Source: Octopus bimaculoides
Lineage: Eukaryota
Direction of reading: 5' to 3'
Length of the DNA stretch: 64,000 nt
Assembly (NCBI RefSeq): GCF_001194135.2
Contig: NC_068996.1
Coordinates: forward strand, 27,655,112 to 27,719,111
Below, piece after piece: positions 1 to 13,364 of the stretch. The first letter of the stretch is position 1. The number at the start of each line of letters is the position of its first letter. The position numbers were made by a program, and so were the translations under genes. The notes below the pieces were generated by a model, which saw only the letters and a program-made list of their open reading frames with translations, searched no databases and had not been told where the DNA came from.

Positions 1-110
1 GGGTGCCTCTCACGCATCACCAGCACAGGTACCTTTCACGTGTCACCACGACTACAATTTCACTTAGCTTGGCGTGTCTTCTCAAGCACAGTAAATCATC
101 AAAAGTCTTA
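1..110 (-). mobile_element. RTE LINE 3' fragment
   Basis: Reverse complement reads GCTGTGCTTGAGAAGACACGCCAAGCTAAG, matching the post-ORF segment of the RTE copies near 40240 and 42645. Confidence 0.65.
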
Positions 111-247
111 AATAATATTTCAAATAGAACACTAATAAAAAAGAAGGCTATTTTTCTGTTCTCTTAATTCAACCAACTAAACTTCTTTGTCCTCAATAAT
201 GACTAACTTTATTCGACTCATGGGTACATATTAATGTAACAAATTAC

Positions 248-378
248 CTTTGGCATCAGATCATCTCCAGTGACAACTGCTATGTTCATGTCAACTCCAG
301 CCTCCTTGGACAATTTCTTCAAAACTTCTGCACAAGATAATGGATTTATTCCACCTGCATTGCTAACCACACGGATTT
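248..378 (-). CDS. AtuA/DUF1446-family protein, coding exon 4 (gene continues beyond the left edge)
   Basis: Acceptor tttatcaAG and donor GTAAT. The 131 nt complete the split codon (A+AA=Lys) and read KIRVVSNAGGINPLSCAEVLKKLSKEAGVDMNIAVVTGDDLMPK, with the NAGGxNP and VAxVxGDD family motifs. Confidence 0.92.
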
Positions 379-1471
379 CTTGATAAATATATGAAACAAA
401 CCACTGTTGTTACTTAACAGAACAGCCATCATGTATAAGCAATATAAATTTAACAACAAACTGATAAATGAAAAATAATAATAAACAGTAAATAGGGAAG
501 AGGGCAGTCATTAGTGCACAACTGAGCAGATCAATGATTAATGATCGAAAGCATCCCATCCATGACCACCTCTTAGAGGTCTGCTTAGAACTACATTATC
601 TTATGTATTCATTCTTTTTATATCTTAAGAAGAGAAGGGAAACATTCACAACCTATTTCAGGGTTTTCAAGGTCTGGACCAGATCTCTAGTATTATTCCA
701 AATTCTTGCAATACACTGGACATCAATAAAAACTCCCAAACTCAAGAATTAGTACTAAACTGGGCAATGGACTATTTAAGATAGAGATTGAAGAAGGTTT
801 GACTGTTATTTCTAATAGGTCCAAAATTATTGGAACAGAAGTTACAGGTGGTCAAATAGAGAAGACAATTGACAGAGGGCTGATAATTCATATCTGTCAC
901 AAGTATTGTGTCAACATACCAATATATCTTGATGGACCAATTCTTTAAATGTATCACATCCACCAAATCAATAAGGTACCATATAACCAATCAAAGGTCT
1001 AATATACAAAATTCACACTGGCTTAATTCCTTAGAAATATCAGGACTAGCTGATGTTTAACTGTACAGATAAGGTACCAGACACCAACGAAAAAGCCACT
1101 GGATTATATTCCATAACCAGCAATCTAATAGGGAACTGAGAAAGACCTTTTAAAATCTCAAATGGCCTGATTCAACTTGTAAAAAAATACTCCAGAGTGA
1201 GAAAAGCTGGCTTTTCAAGCAATGGGAGCACTGCATAATTACTCAGTGTTTCTTTAGCTTGCAGTAAAAAGTTCAACTAGCCCAGTAGAGCAGAAGTGAG
1301 CAATGGGGTACCGCTTCATAAAAGATGTTAATATCTGCAGCATCGAATACAATTCAATTTTCTTCTATGACTTCTTTGAAATCACATGGAAAAACAACCC
1401 CATGACCCTCCCAAGAGATTCTGAAAACATTGATTATGGTAATGATGCCAATAAATGATGAGGATGAGGAC

Positions 1472-1511
<40 letters not shown>

Positions 1512-1683
1512 NNNNNNNNNNNNNNNNNNNNNNNNNNNNNNNNNNNNNNNNNNNNNNNNNNNNNNGAGGAGGAGGAGGAGGGCAATAATGTTGATAATTT
1601 TATTGATTTCTAACATAGGCACAAGACCAGGATTTGGCGTGGGGGCAGTAAATTAAATTGATTCCAATACTTGACTTTATGTT

Positions 1684-2022
1684 ATTGACACCTAAACTGG
1701 TGCTCTATCAGTTACAATGATGAGGGCTCCAGATGATCTGATCAATAGAACAGGTTGCTCATAAAATTAACATGCAAGTGGCTGAGCACTCCACAGACAT
1801 GCATAACCTTGATGTAGTTCTCAAGGAGATTCAGGATGACACAAATATGACAAGGCTGGCCCTTTGAAATACAGGTACTGCTCATTTTTGTCAGCTGAAT
1901 GGACTGGAATAATGTGAAATAAAGTGCCTTGCTCAAGAAACACAATGTGTTGCTGGGAATTGAACTCATGACCTTATGATCATGAGCTGAATATCCTAAC
2001 TACTGAACCATGCACCTTCACA
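1684..2022 (-). mobile_element. tRNA-derived SINE (TGTGAAGG head), chimeric middle/tail
   Basis: Head TGTGAAGGTGCATGGTTCAGTAG with a B-box-like GAGTTCAATTCCC. The middle resembles the 55143 SINE and the tail resembles the 59096 SINE. Confidence 0.75.
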
Positions 2023-2288
2023 CCTGAAAGAATCATAGAAAAAGTGGACCACAGTGAAATTTGAACTCAGACTGTAAAATATCATAACTGAACACTTCAA
2101 GGCATTTTTCTGACATTACTAACAATTCTCTTGATGAAAATGATGACAATAATTATGTTAATAAAATTCATGATGATGATGATTGAAGTAGTGGTGGTGA
2201 TGGTGATGGTTGATCATAATGTTAATGATATTAATGATGAGCACGAAAAATTTAAAAAAAAAAAAAGAGAAAAATGACTTTCACTTAC

Positions 2289-2358
2289 TTTTTTCTTTGA
2301 TAGTCTTTAGATATGGTGCCAGAGAGAAATGGATAAAATCTGGAGCATATCCCATGGC
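2289..2358 (-). CDS. AtuA/DUF1446-family protein, coding exon 3
   Basis: Acceptor ttccaaAG and donor GTAAG. The 70 nt (phase 0 to phase 1) read AMGYAPDFIHFSLAPYLKTIKEK, containing the GYAPDF motif. Not in the ORF track because it is short. Confidence 0.9.
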
Positions 2359-2658
2359 CTTTGGAATATAATAAATATTACATAAATATTTTCATTTATT
2401 TATTTATTTATTTCAGAAAATATATTTAAAAACATTCTATGAATAAAAACATGTAACTGTAGATGTTGTCAATAAAGCAGATATAATTTTCTTTTATTTG
2501 AAATAGGTAACATTTGTTTCAATATATTGATATTTTGGACTCTTGATACCAGAACAGAACAAGGACAGAAAGGAATTAAAAGTTCAAATCCATGATATAG
2601 AAATTAATCATATGAGGACAGAAGATTGTTAAATTCATGCATATTGACTGATAGAAAT

Positions 2659-2802
2659 GTCTGGCTTTATGGTTACGAAGTTGCTTCTTAACCCCATGGT
2701 TTTGGGTTCAGTTCCCCTGTGTGGCACCTTGTTACAACTAAACCATTGTAAGTGGTTTCGGTTGATGGGAACTGAAAAGAAGCCTGTTGTGTGTGTGTGT
2801 GT

Positions 2803-2871
<69 letters not shown>

Positions 2872-3085
2872 AGATGTTATTACATGAGTGATGTTATTCA
2901 TTTCCAATCTTTCATGAAAACAAATTTGGCTATGGGAAAAATATTATTTTGCTTGGAAACAGATGAAGGTTGTTGACAGGAAAGGCATCTGGCTGTAGAA
3001 ATCTGCCTCAACAGATTCCATCTAAGCCATGAGAGCATGGAAAAGTGGACATTAAATGATTATGATGATGTTGATGTTGATGATA
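2659..3085 (+). mobile_element. CORE-like tRNA SINE with internal (TG/TA)n and RTE-like GAT tail
   Basis: Head with GGTTCAGTTCCC, then a (TG)n(TA)n tract, then a tail ending GCATGGAAAAGTGGACATTAAATGATTATGATGATG. Confidence 0.7.
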
Positions 3086-3550
3086 TGACTTAGTCAAAAG
3101 AAAAGGCAATGTGCAAGACCCTTTATGGGGCTCTGAAACTGATGAGAGGGAGAGAGAAGTTACTGTCAAACTGAGATTTGGCTCAAATGCTTATCACAGA
3201 ATGGACTTTGTTAAAAGCACCAAAGAACCAAGCAAAAGTGTTAAATCAGGTGATGGGTTGAGTCTACCACCCATGTAGCACCATGGTGTGATTTGAAATC
3301 AGAAATCAAAGAGCTGGAACTCATACTGCAGAGTATCTCATCCAACATTCTAGGCTGGTACTTTATTTATTGACCCAACAAATTTTATCCGACTCATGAA
3401 AGCATGGAGAAGTGGATGCTAAAATGAGGGGTGGGTGGGGTGATGAAATGAGTATTACCTATTTCTAAAAAAAAAAATCTACATTGTTGATGACTTCTTT
3501 ACTTATATTTTATAATCATATAAATACATTTTAAAAAATAATATACAATA

Positions 3551-3944
3551 TCTTTTGTTTACTTATTCCAGTCATTAGACTGCAACCGTTGTGGGGCAAT
3601 GCTTTGAGGAATTTTACTTGAACTAATCGACCCCAGTACTTGTTTTCTCTTTAAGCCTGGTACTTATTCTATCAATGTCTTTTATTGAACTGCCAAGTTA
3701 CAGGGACATAAACACACCAACATCGGTTGTCAAGCAGTGGTGGAGGACAAACACAGATATAACAACACACACATATATATATACACAATGGGCTTCTTTT
3801 TAGTACCGTCTACCAAATCCACTCAGAAGGCTTTGGTTGGCCCAAGGCTATAGTAGAAGACACTTGCTCAAGGTGTCATACACTGGAACAGAACCTGGGA
3901 CTATGTAGTTGGGAAACAAACCTCTTACCATACAACCATGCCTG
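3551..3944 (-). mobile_element. CORE-like tRNA SINE with internal microsatellite and alternative tail B
   Basis: Minus strand reads a head, the CORE-like CACCTTGAGCAAGTGTCTTCTACTATAGCC, a TA/TG tract, and a tail ending ...AATGACTGGAATAAGTAAACAAAAGA. Confidence 0.75.
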
Positions 3945-4176
3945 GTTAACAGTGAGGATGTAGATGTTGTTGATTAAGTGAAAATATCAGTTGACTTCAT
4001 CCGGCTTTCTCTTCCTACATCTCACTACTTCTCATACTAATATAATACAGTATGTTGTACTTTTCCTCAATCACATCCACTTTAGACTACTCAGTATTGG
4101 TTAACAAATACTCCCTCTTAAGAACCATTATGAATTTGACCTTGTACTAAAATTAGAAGGATTAATAATATTATCA

Positions 4177-4790
4177 GGGCAACAAGCTGGCAGAATCATT
4201 AGCACATTGACAAAATGCTTAGAGATATTTCTTCTGGTTCTTTACACCATGAATTCAATTTCCACCAAGGTTGTCTTAGCCTTTCATACTTTTTTTTTGG
4301 GGGGGGGGGTAAAATAACTACTATTTAAGTACTGGGGTCAATATAACTGACTTGCCCCTTCTCCTCAAAATTGCTGGCCTTGTGCCTAAATTAAAAATAA
4401 TTATCATTGTGAGCTGGCAGAATTGTTAGTAAAATGCTTATCAGCATTTCGTCTGTCTTTTATGTTGAGTACAAATTCCTCTAAGGTCAACTTTGCCTTT
4501 CATCCTTTTGGGGTCTTTGAAATAAGTACCAGTTGAGCACTGGGGTCGATGATATTGACTTACCACTTCCTCTGAAATTGCTGGCCTTTTGCCAAAATTT
4601 GAAATCATTATTATGAAATATCTTAGCAGTATTTCTTTGCTTTCCAAGTTCAGATTTTTCTTAGGTCAACTTTGCATTTCAACTCTCCAGGGTTGATGAA
4701 ACTAAGTATCAGTCACATGCAGGGATTAACAATACTGACTAAATCCTTCCCTTTGGTATTGCTGGCCTTGCTTCTAAATTTAGAAACCTT
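4177..4790 (+). mobile_element. Tandem chain of three ATT-tailed tRNA SINEs
   Basis: Repeated unit GAGCTGGCAGAAT...GTCAACTTTGCCTTTCATCC...AGTACCAGT...GGCCTTGTGCC. Units start at about 4177 and 4409; the third (from about 4613) is 5'-truncated. Confidence 0.8.
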
Positions 4791-4793
4791 TTA

Positions 4794-4825
<32 letters not shown>

Positions 4826-6057
4826 ACGCGCACGTATGTGTGTGTGTGTGCATGCACACGCAATGTGTGTGAGTATGTGTGCGTGTGTGTGTGTTTGTTT
4901 GTGTGTGTGTGTGTGTGTGTGTGTTTGTGCACATGCATGTGTGAATGCACATGCAGACAGAACCCTAATACAACGCTCTTTGGTACAAACATACACATGC
5001 ATGCACATCAACATGACTATGTATATGTATTTACATTTTCATATGTAAGTGCATGTATTTCTATTTACTAGTAGCAGTACTGAGCATTGCCTGGTTTATT
5101 AAAACCTAAAATAAATACAATTGCATGAATTCACAACACAAGTTTGGATAAATTGGTTTAAAAAAGGAGCTGACAAAATGTTCACTGATAAAGTGTTCAC
5201 CCAGAATTTCAAAATTTGTTTATTTGTAAGTCTCACTTATACATATAAGTCACACTTGAGTATAAACCACACTTGTGTATAAACCATACCCCTAATTTAG
5301 TGTTAAATCTTGGTATATTTTTTTTTCCTTCAATAGTTTTTATTTTTGCTCCACCCAGGTTTTTTTCCAGTTAAAATCAAGTATAAAGGTATATGCAACT
5401 CGTATATGAGTAAACACCCTACATGTATCCAAGCAATTTTGGAGATGTTTCAAACTGAGCTACATGAAGAATGTTGCCCATCAATACCACTGCCGCCACC
5501 ACCGTCATCACCATTGCCAACAAATATATAAATAAACAACCAAGTACAAAATTTAAAATAAAGATTTTACACTTTTTTTTTTGTTATTTTCTGGGAAAAC
5601 ATGCTTCTTTTTCCTCAAAGATACTTTACTAATTTATATAATTACTCTAAATGAAATATTTTTCTAATCAGTATATTTTTTTATGATGTCCATTGCAGTG
5701 CTTGGGGTTATACAATGTTCCTTACTTTTCTGTTAGGAAAAAACAACAACAAACACTAAAAATAACTAATTTCAGAAAAATTCATATTCTGTGTCTTTTT
5801 CCTTGAAAAGATGTGGTTGTAAGCAAAATTTCAGATATCTAAGTGCAAAACTGGGAACATACATTCACAGTTTTTTTATTAAAATGTTTATACATGTGTG
5901 TACATATCTATGTGTATGCATGCATGTGTTTGTTTCTGAGCATTATGTGTGTATGTGTAATTGTGTTTGTCTGTCTGTCTCTGTCTGTCTATTTGTAAAT
6001 ATGTATGTGAATATATTTTGTTTTGTAAGTGAGTGTGTGTGTGAAGATGTGTGTACA

Positions 6058-6100
<43 letters not shown>

Positions 6101-6333
6101 GTATATGTTCCCAATGTTTAGTATAAGTGCTGAGTCAGACATTCTTACCAAAATGTAGCAATGAGTAAATAAATATTTATGTAGAAGTCACAGAATAGTA
6201 AATGATGAAAAATAGAACAAAGAATAAAATAGTTTATATGTTTCAAACATAATTTTAGCTGTGTTATATGTGCACGTGTGTCTGTGTATGGGTTGGTGCA
6301 AGTATGTATGCATAATATATATACATATACAGA

Positions 6334-6570
6334 TTCTCTTATTCTTTTACTTGTTTCAGTCATTTGACTGTGGCCATGCTGGAGCACAGCTTTAAAGGGT
6401 TTTAGTCACAGAAATCAACCACCCCAAGACTTACTCTTTGTAAGCCTAGTACATATTCTATCGATCGCTTTTGCCAAAGCACAAAGTTATGAGGACATAA
6501 ACACACCTACATCAGTTGTCAAGCGATAGTGGGAGAACAAACACAGACACAAAGATACACACATAAATAT

Positions 6571-6607
<37 letters not shown>
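6334..6607 (-). mobile_element. SINE tail B plus internal (TA)n, running into an assembly gap
   Basis: Close match to 3551-3780. The TA tract ends at the N-gap 6608-7210. Confidence 0.7.
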
Positions 6608-7210
6608 NNNNNNNNNNNNNNNNNNNNNNNNNNNNNNNNNNNNNNNNNNNNNNNNNNNNNNNNNNNNNNNNNNNNNNNNNNNNNNNNNNNNNNNNNNNNN
6701 NNNNNNNNNNNNNNNNNNNNNNNNNNNNNNNNNNNNNNNNNNNNNNNNNNNNNNNNNNNNNNNNNNNNNNNNNNNNNNNNNNNNNNNNNNNNNNNNNNNN
6801 NNNNNNNNNNNNNNNNNNNNNNNNNNNNNNNNNNNNNNNNNNNNNNNNNNNNNNNNNNNNNNNNNNNNNNNNNNNNNNNNNNNNNNNNNNNNNNNNNNNN
6901 NNNNNNNNNNNNNNNNNNNNNNNNNNNNNNNNNNNNNNNNNNNNNNNNNNNNNNNNNNNNNNNNNNNNNNNNNNNNNNNNNNNNNNNNNNNNNNNNNNNN
7001 NNNNNNNNNNNNNNNNNNNNNNNNNNNNNNNNNNNNNNNNNNNNNNNNNNNNNNNNNNNNNNNNNNNNNNNNNNNNNNNNNNNNNNNNNNNNNNNNNNNN
7101 NNNNNNNNNNNNNNNNNNNNNNNNNNNNNNNNNNNNNNNNNNNNNNNNNNNNNNNNNNNNNNNNNNNNNNNNNNNNNNNNNNNNNNNNNNNNNNNNNNNN
7201 NNNNNNNNNN

Positions 7211-7505
7211 GCCTTGTAGGGTTTTCGAGCGAGATCGTTGCCAGTGCCCCTGGACTGGCTCTTGTGCGGGTGGCACATAAAAGACACCATTTCGAGCGTG
7301 GCCGTTTTCGTGCGGGTGACACGTAAAAGCACCCACTACACTCTCTGAGTGGTTGGCGTTAGGAAGGGCATCCAGCTGTAGAAACTCTGCCAAATTAGAT
7401 TGGAGCCTGGTGTTGCCATCTGGTTTCACCAGTCCTCAGTCAAATCGTCCAACCCATGCTAGCATGGAAAGCGGACATTAAACGATGATGATGATGATGA
7501 TGATG
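7211..7505 (+). mobile_element. RTE LINE 3' UTR end with (GAT)n tail
   Basis: Matches 40560-40795 (AAAGCACCCACTACACTCTC...CCATGCTAGCATGGAAAGCGGAC...GATGATGAT). Confidence 0.8.
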
Positions 7506-8126
7506 CAACAGGCTTCTTTCAGTTTCCATCTACCAAATCATCCACTCACAAGGCTTTGGTCAGTCCAAGGCTATGGTAGAAGACACTTGCCCAAGATGTC
7601 ATGCAGTGGGGCTACACACATATATGCAAAACAAGGTGGTAAAAATAGCACTTGAATACCAAAGGTAGAGTAATATGTTTTTATATATACTATGGGCTTC
7701 CACACAGTTTTTGTCTATCAAATTCATTCACAAGGCACTGGTCGACCCGAGGCTATAGTAGAAGACACTTGCCCATGGTGCTGTGCAGTGGGACTGAACC
7801 AGATGGTTGCAGATACTCTTTTCTGAATGAAAGAGTGAATGATCACTAGAACTACTCAATGAGAGGTGATCTGGAGCTAAACTAGAACATGTCCATCTAT
7901 AAATTTCATAATGTAGTTTGAGATTATGTCTGAATAAAAGATGGCATGGTCACTTATGGAACATCATTGAACAATAACTGAACAATAACAATAAAGGACA
8001 TACAGGACACTGTAGTCATAGACGCTATGTTAGGGGGAAAAAAGCAAGATGGTCATGACTGGAACATCTCTGATCATAAGTGTTCTTGATAAATTGGCCT
8101 GGAATTGAACAACAACAACAATATTA

Positions 8127-8460
8127 ATTCATCATTATCATTTAACGTCTGCTTTCCATGCTAGCATGGTTTGGACGATTTGACTGAGGACTGGTGAGCC
8201 AGATGGCTACACCAGGCTCCAATCTGATTTGGCAGAGTTTCTACAGCTGGATGCCCTTCCTAACGCCAACTGCTCCGAGAGTGTAGTGGGTGCTTTTACG
8301 TGCCACCGGCACAAAGGCCAGTCAGGCGGTACTGGCAATGGCCATGCTCAAAATGGTGTATTTTATGTGCCACCTGCACAGGAGCCAGTCCAGCGGCACT
8401 GGCAACGATCTTGCTCGAAAGTCTTTACACGTGCCATGGGCACAAGTGCCAGAAAGGCGA
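8127..8460 (-). mobile_element. RTE LINE 3' UTR end
   Basis: Reverse complement of the 7211-7505 and 40500-40795 segments, including the hairpin repeat units. Confidence 0.8.
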
Positions 8461-10674
8461 TGCAGGGCACAGGTGCCATGGTTTTAAACTAAGCATTATA
8501 TGTTTAATAAACTTGTACCAAAACCACACAGTTATTATGATGACACAGAAATTTAATTGATTACAAATTAAAGCAGAAGAATAAAGAACAAAAACAGTAA
8601 AAATAAAAATTTTTAAAAACCATGGTCTCTTTTATGACTGGTTTACATTGATTATTTCAACTTTTGTTGGAGTGATAATTTTACAAGCTGATCTCCTCCT
8701 CACTGAAAACCGCTTAACCATGAAGAGCAAATTAAATCTACTTTTTATTTACTTTTTGTCAGTCAGGCACACAAAAGTAGAAAATGTTGTGTACCTTGTT
8801 TAGAAATTTATAATGTCCTAATCAAAGGAAGAATGGCAACAATCATGACTGCTATAGGAATTCTGAGATTGGGCTGGCAGTGGTGGGAAACAGGTGAAAA
8901 GTGTGCTGTTTATTGTTATTTTCATTACTATAAACAGCCTAACGGTAGAACACTGAAGATTCATGGTACTTAAAAGCAGGGCATGCAATTTTTAAAAATC
9001 AAAGACTTAATTGAAATAGGGCAGACATAGCATGTGTCATATAACCTCTTTCCAGACATCTCTCATAAAAATGAAGGATTTATTTTAAAACTGGGCGATT
9101 GTTATTTGCATTCATTTTTGTACCTTAAGCATGCAGAAAATGCCAGTGATATATATATANNNNNNNNNNNNNNNNNNNNNNNNNNNNNNNNNNNNNNNNN
9201 NNNNNNNNNNNNNNNNNNNNNNNNNNNNNNNNNNNNNNNNNNNNNNNNNNNNNNNNNNNNNNNNNNNNNNNNNNNNNNNNNNNNNNNNNNNNNNNNNNNN
9301 NNNNNNNNNNNNNNNNNNNNNNNNNNNNNNNNNNNNNNNNNNNNNNNNNNNNNNNNNNNNNNNNNNNNNNNNNNNNNNNNNNNNNNNNNNNNNNNNNNNN
9401 NNNNNNNNNNNNNNNNNNNNNNNNNNNNNNNNNNNNNNNNNNNNNNNNNNNNNNNNNNNNNNNNNNNNNNNNNNNNNNNNNNNNNNNNNNNNNNNNNNNN
9501 NNNNNNNNNNNNNNNNNNNNNNNNNNNNNNNNNNNNNNNNNNNNNNNNNNNNNNNNNNNNNNNNNNNNNNNNNNNNNNNNNNNNNNNNNNNNNNNNNNNN
9601 NNNNNNNNNNNNNNNNNNNNNNNNNNNNNNNNNNNNNNNNNNNNNNNNNNNNNNNNNNNNNNNNNNNNNNNNNNNNNNNNNNNNNNNNNNNNNNNNNNNN
9701 NNNNNNNNNNNNNNNNNNNNNNNNNNNNNNNNNNNNNNNNNNNNNNNNNNNNNNNNNNNNNNNNNNNNNNNNNNNNNNNNNNNNNNNNNNNNNNNNNNNN
9801 NNNNNNNNNNNNNNNNNNNNNNNNNNNNNNNNNNNNNNNNNNNNNNNNNNNNNNNNNNNNNNNNNNNNNNNNNNNNNNNNNNNNNNNNNNNNNNNNNNNN
9901 NNNNNNNNNNNNNNNNNNNNNNNNNNNNNNNNNNNNNNNNNNNNNNNNNNNNNNNNNNNNNNNNNNNNNNNNNNNNNNNNNNNNNNNNNNNNNNNNNNNN
10001 NNNNNNNNNNNNNNNNNNNNNNNNNNNNNNNNNNNNNNNNNNNNNNNNNNNNNNNNNNNNNNNNNNNNNNNNNNNNNNNNNNNNNNNNNNNNNNNNNNNN
10101 NNNNATGTAAACAATATGAAATACGAAGACAAACTTTTTTATGTAAACAACGACAGAAACAAATGGAAAACAAGACAAGTAACATAAAGAACAACCCTTC
10201 ATCAGTCGTCGACTGTTTATCTACTCCACAATTCGAGCAATTCATGACAATATGTGCCTTTGAGAAACAGTTGCTCCTGTGAACCAAAATGAAATTTGGG
10301 ATTTGCGGAGGGTCAAAGTTGGTAACAAAAACAGGACGGTGAAAACAAACAGTGAGGGCCGCTAAGCCAGATGAGGTAAGGTGGCGAACGCTGGAGGAAC
10401 ATTCTTTGACAGGAGAAAAGATAGGGGAGGAGACAGACAAGAATGCATTTGGTCTGTGCAACAGACTGAAAGAAAAGAAAGATGATTACATGAGGGAAAG
10501 AAAGATGGATGATGTCTACATGTTTACATGTGAGAGTAAAGGAGGAAGAGGGACAGAGGGACAGATAGAAAATGGTGAAGGGGAGAAAAAATAAGAGAAA
10601 GAAAGAGAGTGAGAGAACAGTACAGGGCAGAGTTGCATCAAAATTATATATATGTATGTATGCATGTATATATC

Positions 10675-11075
10675 ATCATTATCATTTTAATATGCACTCG
10701 TTCCTGCTCACAAGTGTCAGACAGAATTTGTTGAGATGAATATTCTATACTCAGATGCTCTTCCCATCATCAGCCCTCATCTATTCCCAAGCAGGGTAAT
10801 ATTTTTCCATGACTAGACATGTTTTCATGGAAGACTGGAAGTGACAAACACAGCTTGCATCATTGTTACACTCATTTACAACTATCATGCGATGTCAAGT
10901 AAGGAGACATAATACACACACACACAATGGACTTCTTTCAGTTTTTGTCTACCAAATCTATTTACAAATCTTTAGTAGGCCTTGAGCTATAGAAGACACT
11001 TGATCAAGGTGCCATGCAATAAAACTGAACACAAGTTCACATGGTAGGGAAGCAAACTTTTACCACTCAGCCACA
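10675..11075 (-). mobile_element. CORE-like SINE with internal (CA)n and RTE-like tail
   Basis: Same head/CORE-like block, microsatellite and GAT-ending tail as 2659-3085, in reverse orientation. Confidence 0.6.
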
Positions 11076-12229
11076 AGCACAGATAAGGCTTCATGGTTAT
11101 GAAACATTCTTCAGAATCATGGTTTTGGGGTTCAGTCCCACTGCTTGATAGGTTTTAATTTAGATCACTTTAAGCCTTTTGTTACCATATTTCTGTCGAA
11201 ATACACTGCCTTTGTTTCACTTGATTTTGAAAATAACAAAGAATTTATTAAAATAACTTTGTCATTATTAAGCTGGTATTTGGAACATAAGTTAACATAA
11301 AATTTTGATGGAAGGTTTTTTTTTTTAGATCACTTTAAAATAGGAAGTATGTATCATAGAACTACGAAACAGTCTGAAATGAGTTGGTATCAAACAGATT
11401 AAAAGAAGTTCTGGATAATCAATGTCCAGAAAATTGGTGAAGTACATGAATTACAAATTAAATTAGAGGTATGTCTTTAATTTCTTCTTTTTCTCACATT
11501 ATGTAATCTATTTCTCCATTGTTCCAACCAAAAGTACTCAAAACAGGAAAACTGATGTAATTCTTAAACAGGTGCATCTCAGTTCAAAGCTATGGAATGG
11601 TAAAGAAAAGCCAGATTTTTTTTTCTTCTTCCTAAAAGAGTAAAGACTCTAGCAAAGGTGATGCATTAAGATGACATTTGAACTCTATCTAATGGACTAT
11701 AATTCAAAATAATAATCAATGCTTCTTAACTGGCCAAAAAAGAAAGCAAAAAAAAAATAATAAATAAACTTGAGATAATCCTCACTGAGAAAGATTTGCT
11801 TGGGAATAGTTTACTGAGATTCTCTTTATCTTTTTTTCCCCTTTGAGTTACAAACTTCCTAAATGACACTCAAGGTTTCTGCATATATCTTTCAAATACA
11901 TACACACAAATGGAATCATCATCATCATCATCATCATCAGAATCATTTTCTGCACCAGATTTCGCAACAAGTAGGGCATCCAGCCATAGAAAATATGCTT
12001 CAACAAATTCTGTCTGATTCATGCAATCATGGAAAAGTGGACATTAAAATGATGATGATGATGATGATGATATACACATATGTATGTTTGTGTGTAATGT
12101 ATTGGGAGATTATCAGGCTACCATTAAGTCTGCTTGGAAGCAAGCGGGGTTTGACAAGAGGAAGGAATCCAATTGAAGGAAAACTATGCCTCAACATACT
12201 CTCATCTGACCCATGCAAGAATGGAAAAA

Positions 12230-12430
12230 GTAGATGCTAACAATGATGATTGTGATGATGATAACAACTGTAATGATGATGACTATGGTGACATCCACAA
12301 TAACAATGAGGATGAGGATAGTGATGTTGATGACAAAGACAATGATGATTATTATGATGATAGTGAAGATAACAATGATGATGATGATGACACCAACGAC
12401 AACAACAATGGCATTGATGACGAAATAATA
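12230..12430. repeat. Degenerate (GAT/GAC/AAC)n trinucleotide tract
   Basis: Visible triplet periodicity that produces spurious D/N-, M- and I-rich ORFs. Confidence 0.85.
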
Positions 12431-12562
12431 GTATTTAAAAACAAGCATAGTTTTCTTATATTTTAACTATACTATTACCATTTTCTATAAATTTAAGACA
12501 AACATTTTTTGCTATTAGTATTGATGTCTAGACTGATTAATATAGAATTGTGTTTTCTTATA

Positions 12563-12600
<38 letters not shown>

Positions 12601-12821
12601 TAAATTATGACACTGTGGTAGATATGACTAGCACCCTCTCTAATTAGTGCAGCAAAATACCTACAATAGAATTGAACTCAAGACCTACTGAACTAAGGAT
12701 AATTCACTAACTTATAAATTGGCTATTTATATTTTGTACAACATAAATGGTTTAAATGAAGGTCATGCTTTTTGCAATAAATTAAGATTTCACTTAAAGA
12801 TAATTTGAAAGCAAAACTTAC

Positions 12822-12922
12822 TGGATTCTTCTGTTTGGCAGCAGTAAGTAGTGACATGGTGATTTCTGACAAATAGTCAAAGACAAGGAAATCTATTTTT
12901 CCATGATGAATAAGTTGTGGAG
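12822..12922 (-). CDS. AtuA/DUF1446-family protein, coding exon 2
   Basis: Acceptor ttttattttctcAG and donor GTAAG. The 101 nt complete the phase-1 codon (G+CT=Ala) and read APQLIHHGKIDFLVFDYLSEITMSLLTAAKQKNP, containing the DYLxEITM family motif. Confidence 0.92.
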
Positions 12923-13305
12923 CTGAGAAAATAAAATATAAAATACACAAATAACAATTTAAATCTTATACATGTATAAACAAGCACTCATAAAAACATA
13001 AACACATATACACACACACTCTTCAGGTTGTACAAATGGAATATAAACTGCTCAATACATCATATCGTAAAGTCTACTCAGCTCATTACAACACTGAGTT
13101 TCTTGCAGGTATGCGTTCATCACTTGAATGAATATAACCCATGCCACCATGGAAAATGGACATTAATGGATGATGATGATGATGACGTGTTTGTGTGTAT
13201 GTGTATGTGCATGCACAATAATGTAAATACACACATACTTATATATACATACATACACATACATATGTGTTTGTCTGTGTGTATATATACATGTGTGTAT
13301 GCATG

Positions 13306-13364
<59 letters not shown>

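Noticed and set aside
10199-10205. CTGATGA on the minus strand as a hammerhead core
   Set aside because: No stem II followed by GAAA could be found in a compatible arrangement.
12173-12466. Asp/Asn-rich 97-aa ORF resembling an acidic biomineral protein
   Set aside because: It is a degenerate triplet tract extending the GAT tail of a SINE/RTE-like end, and it is open in several frames.
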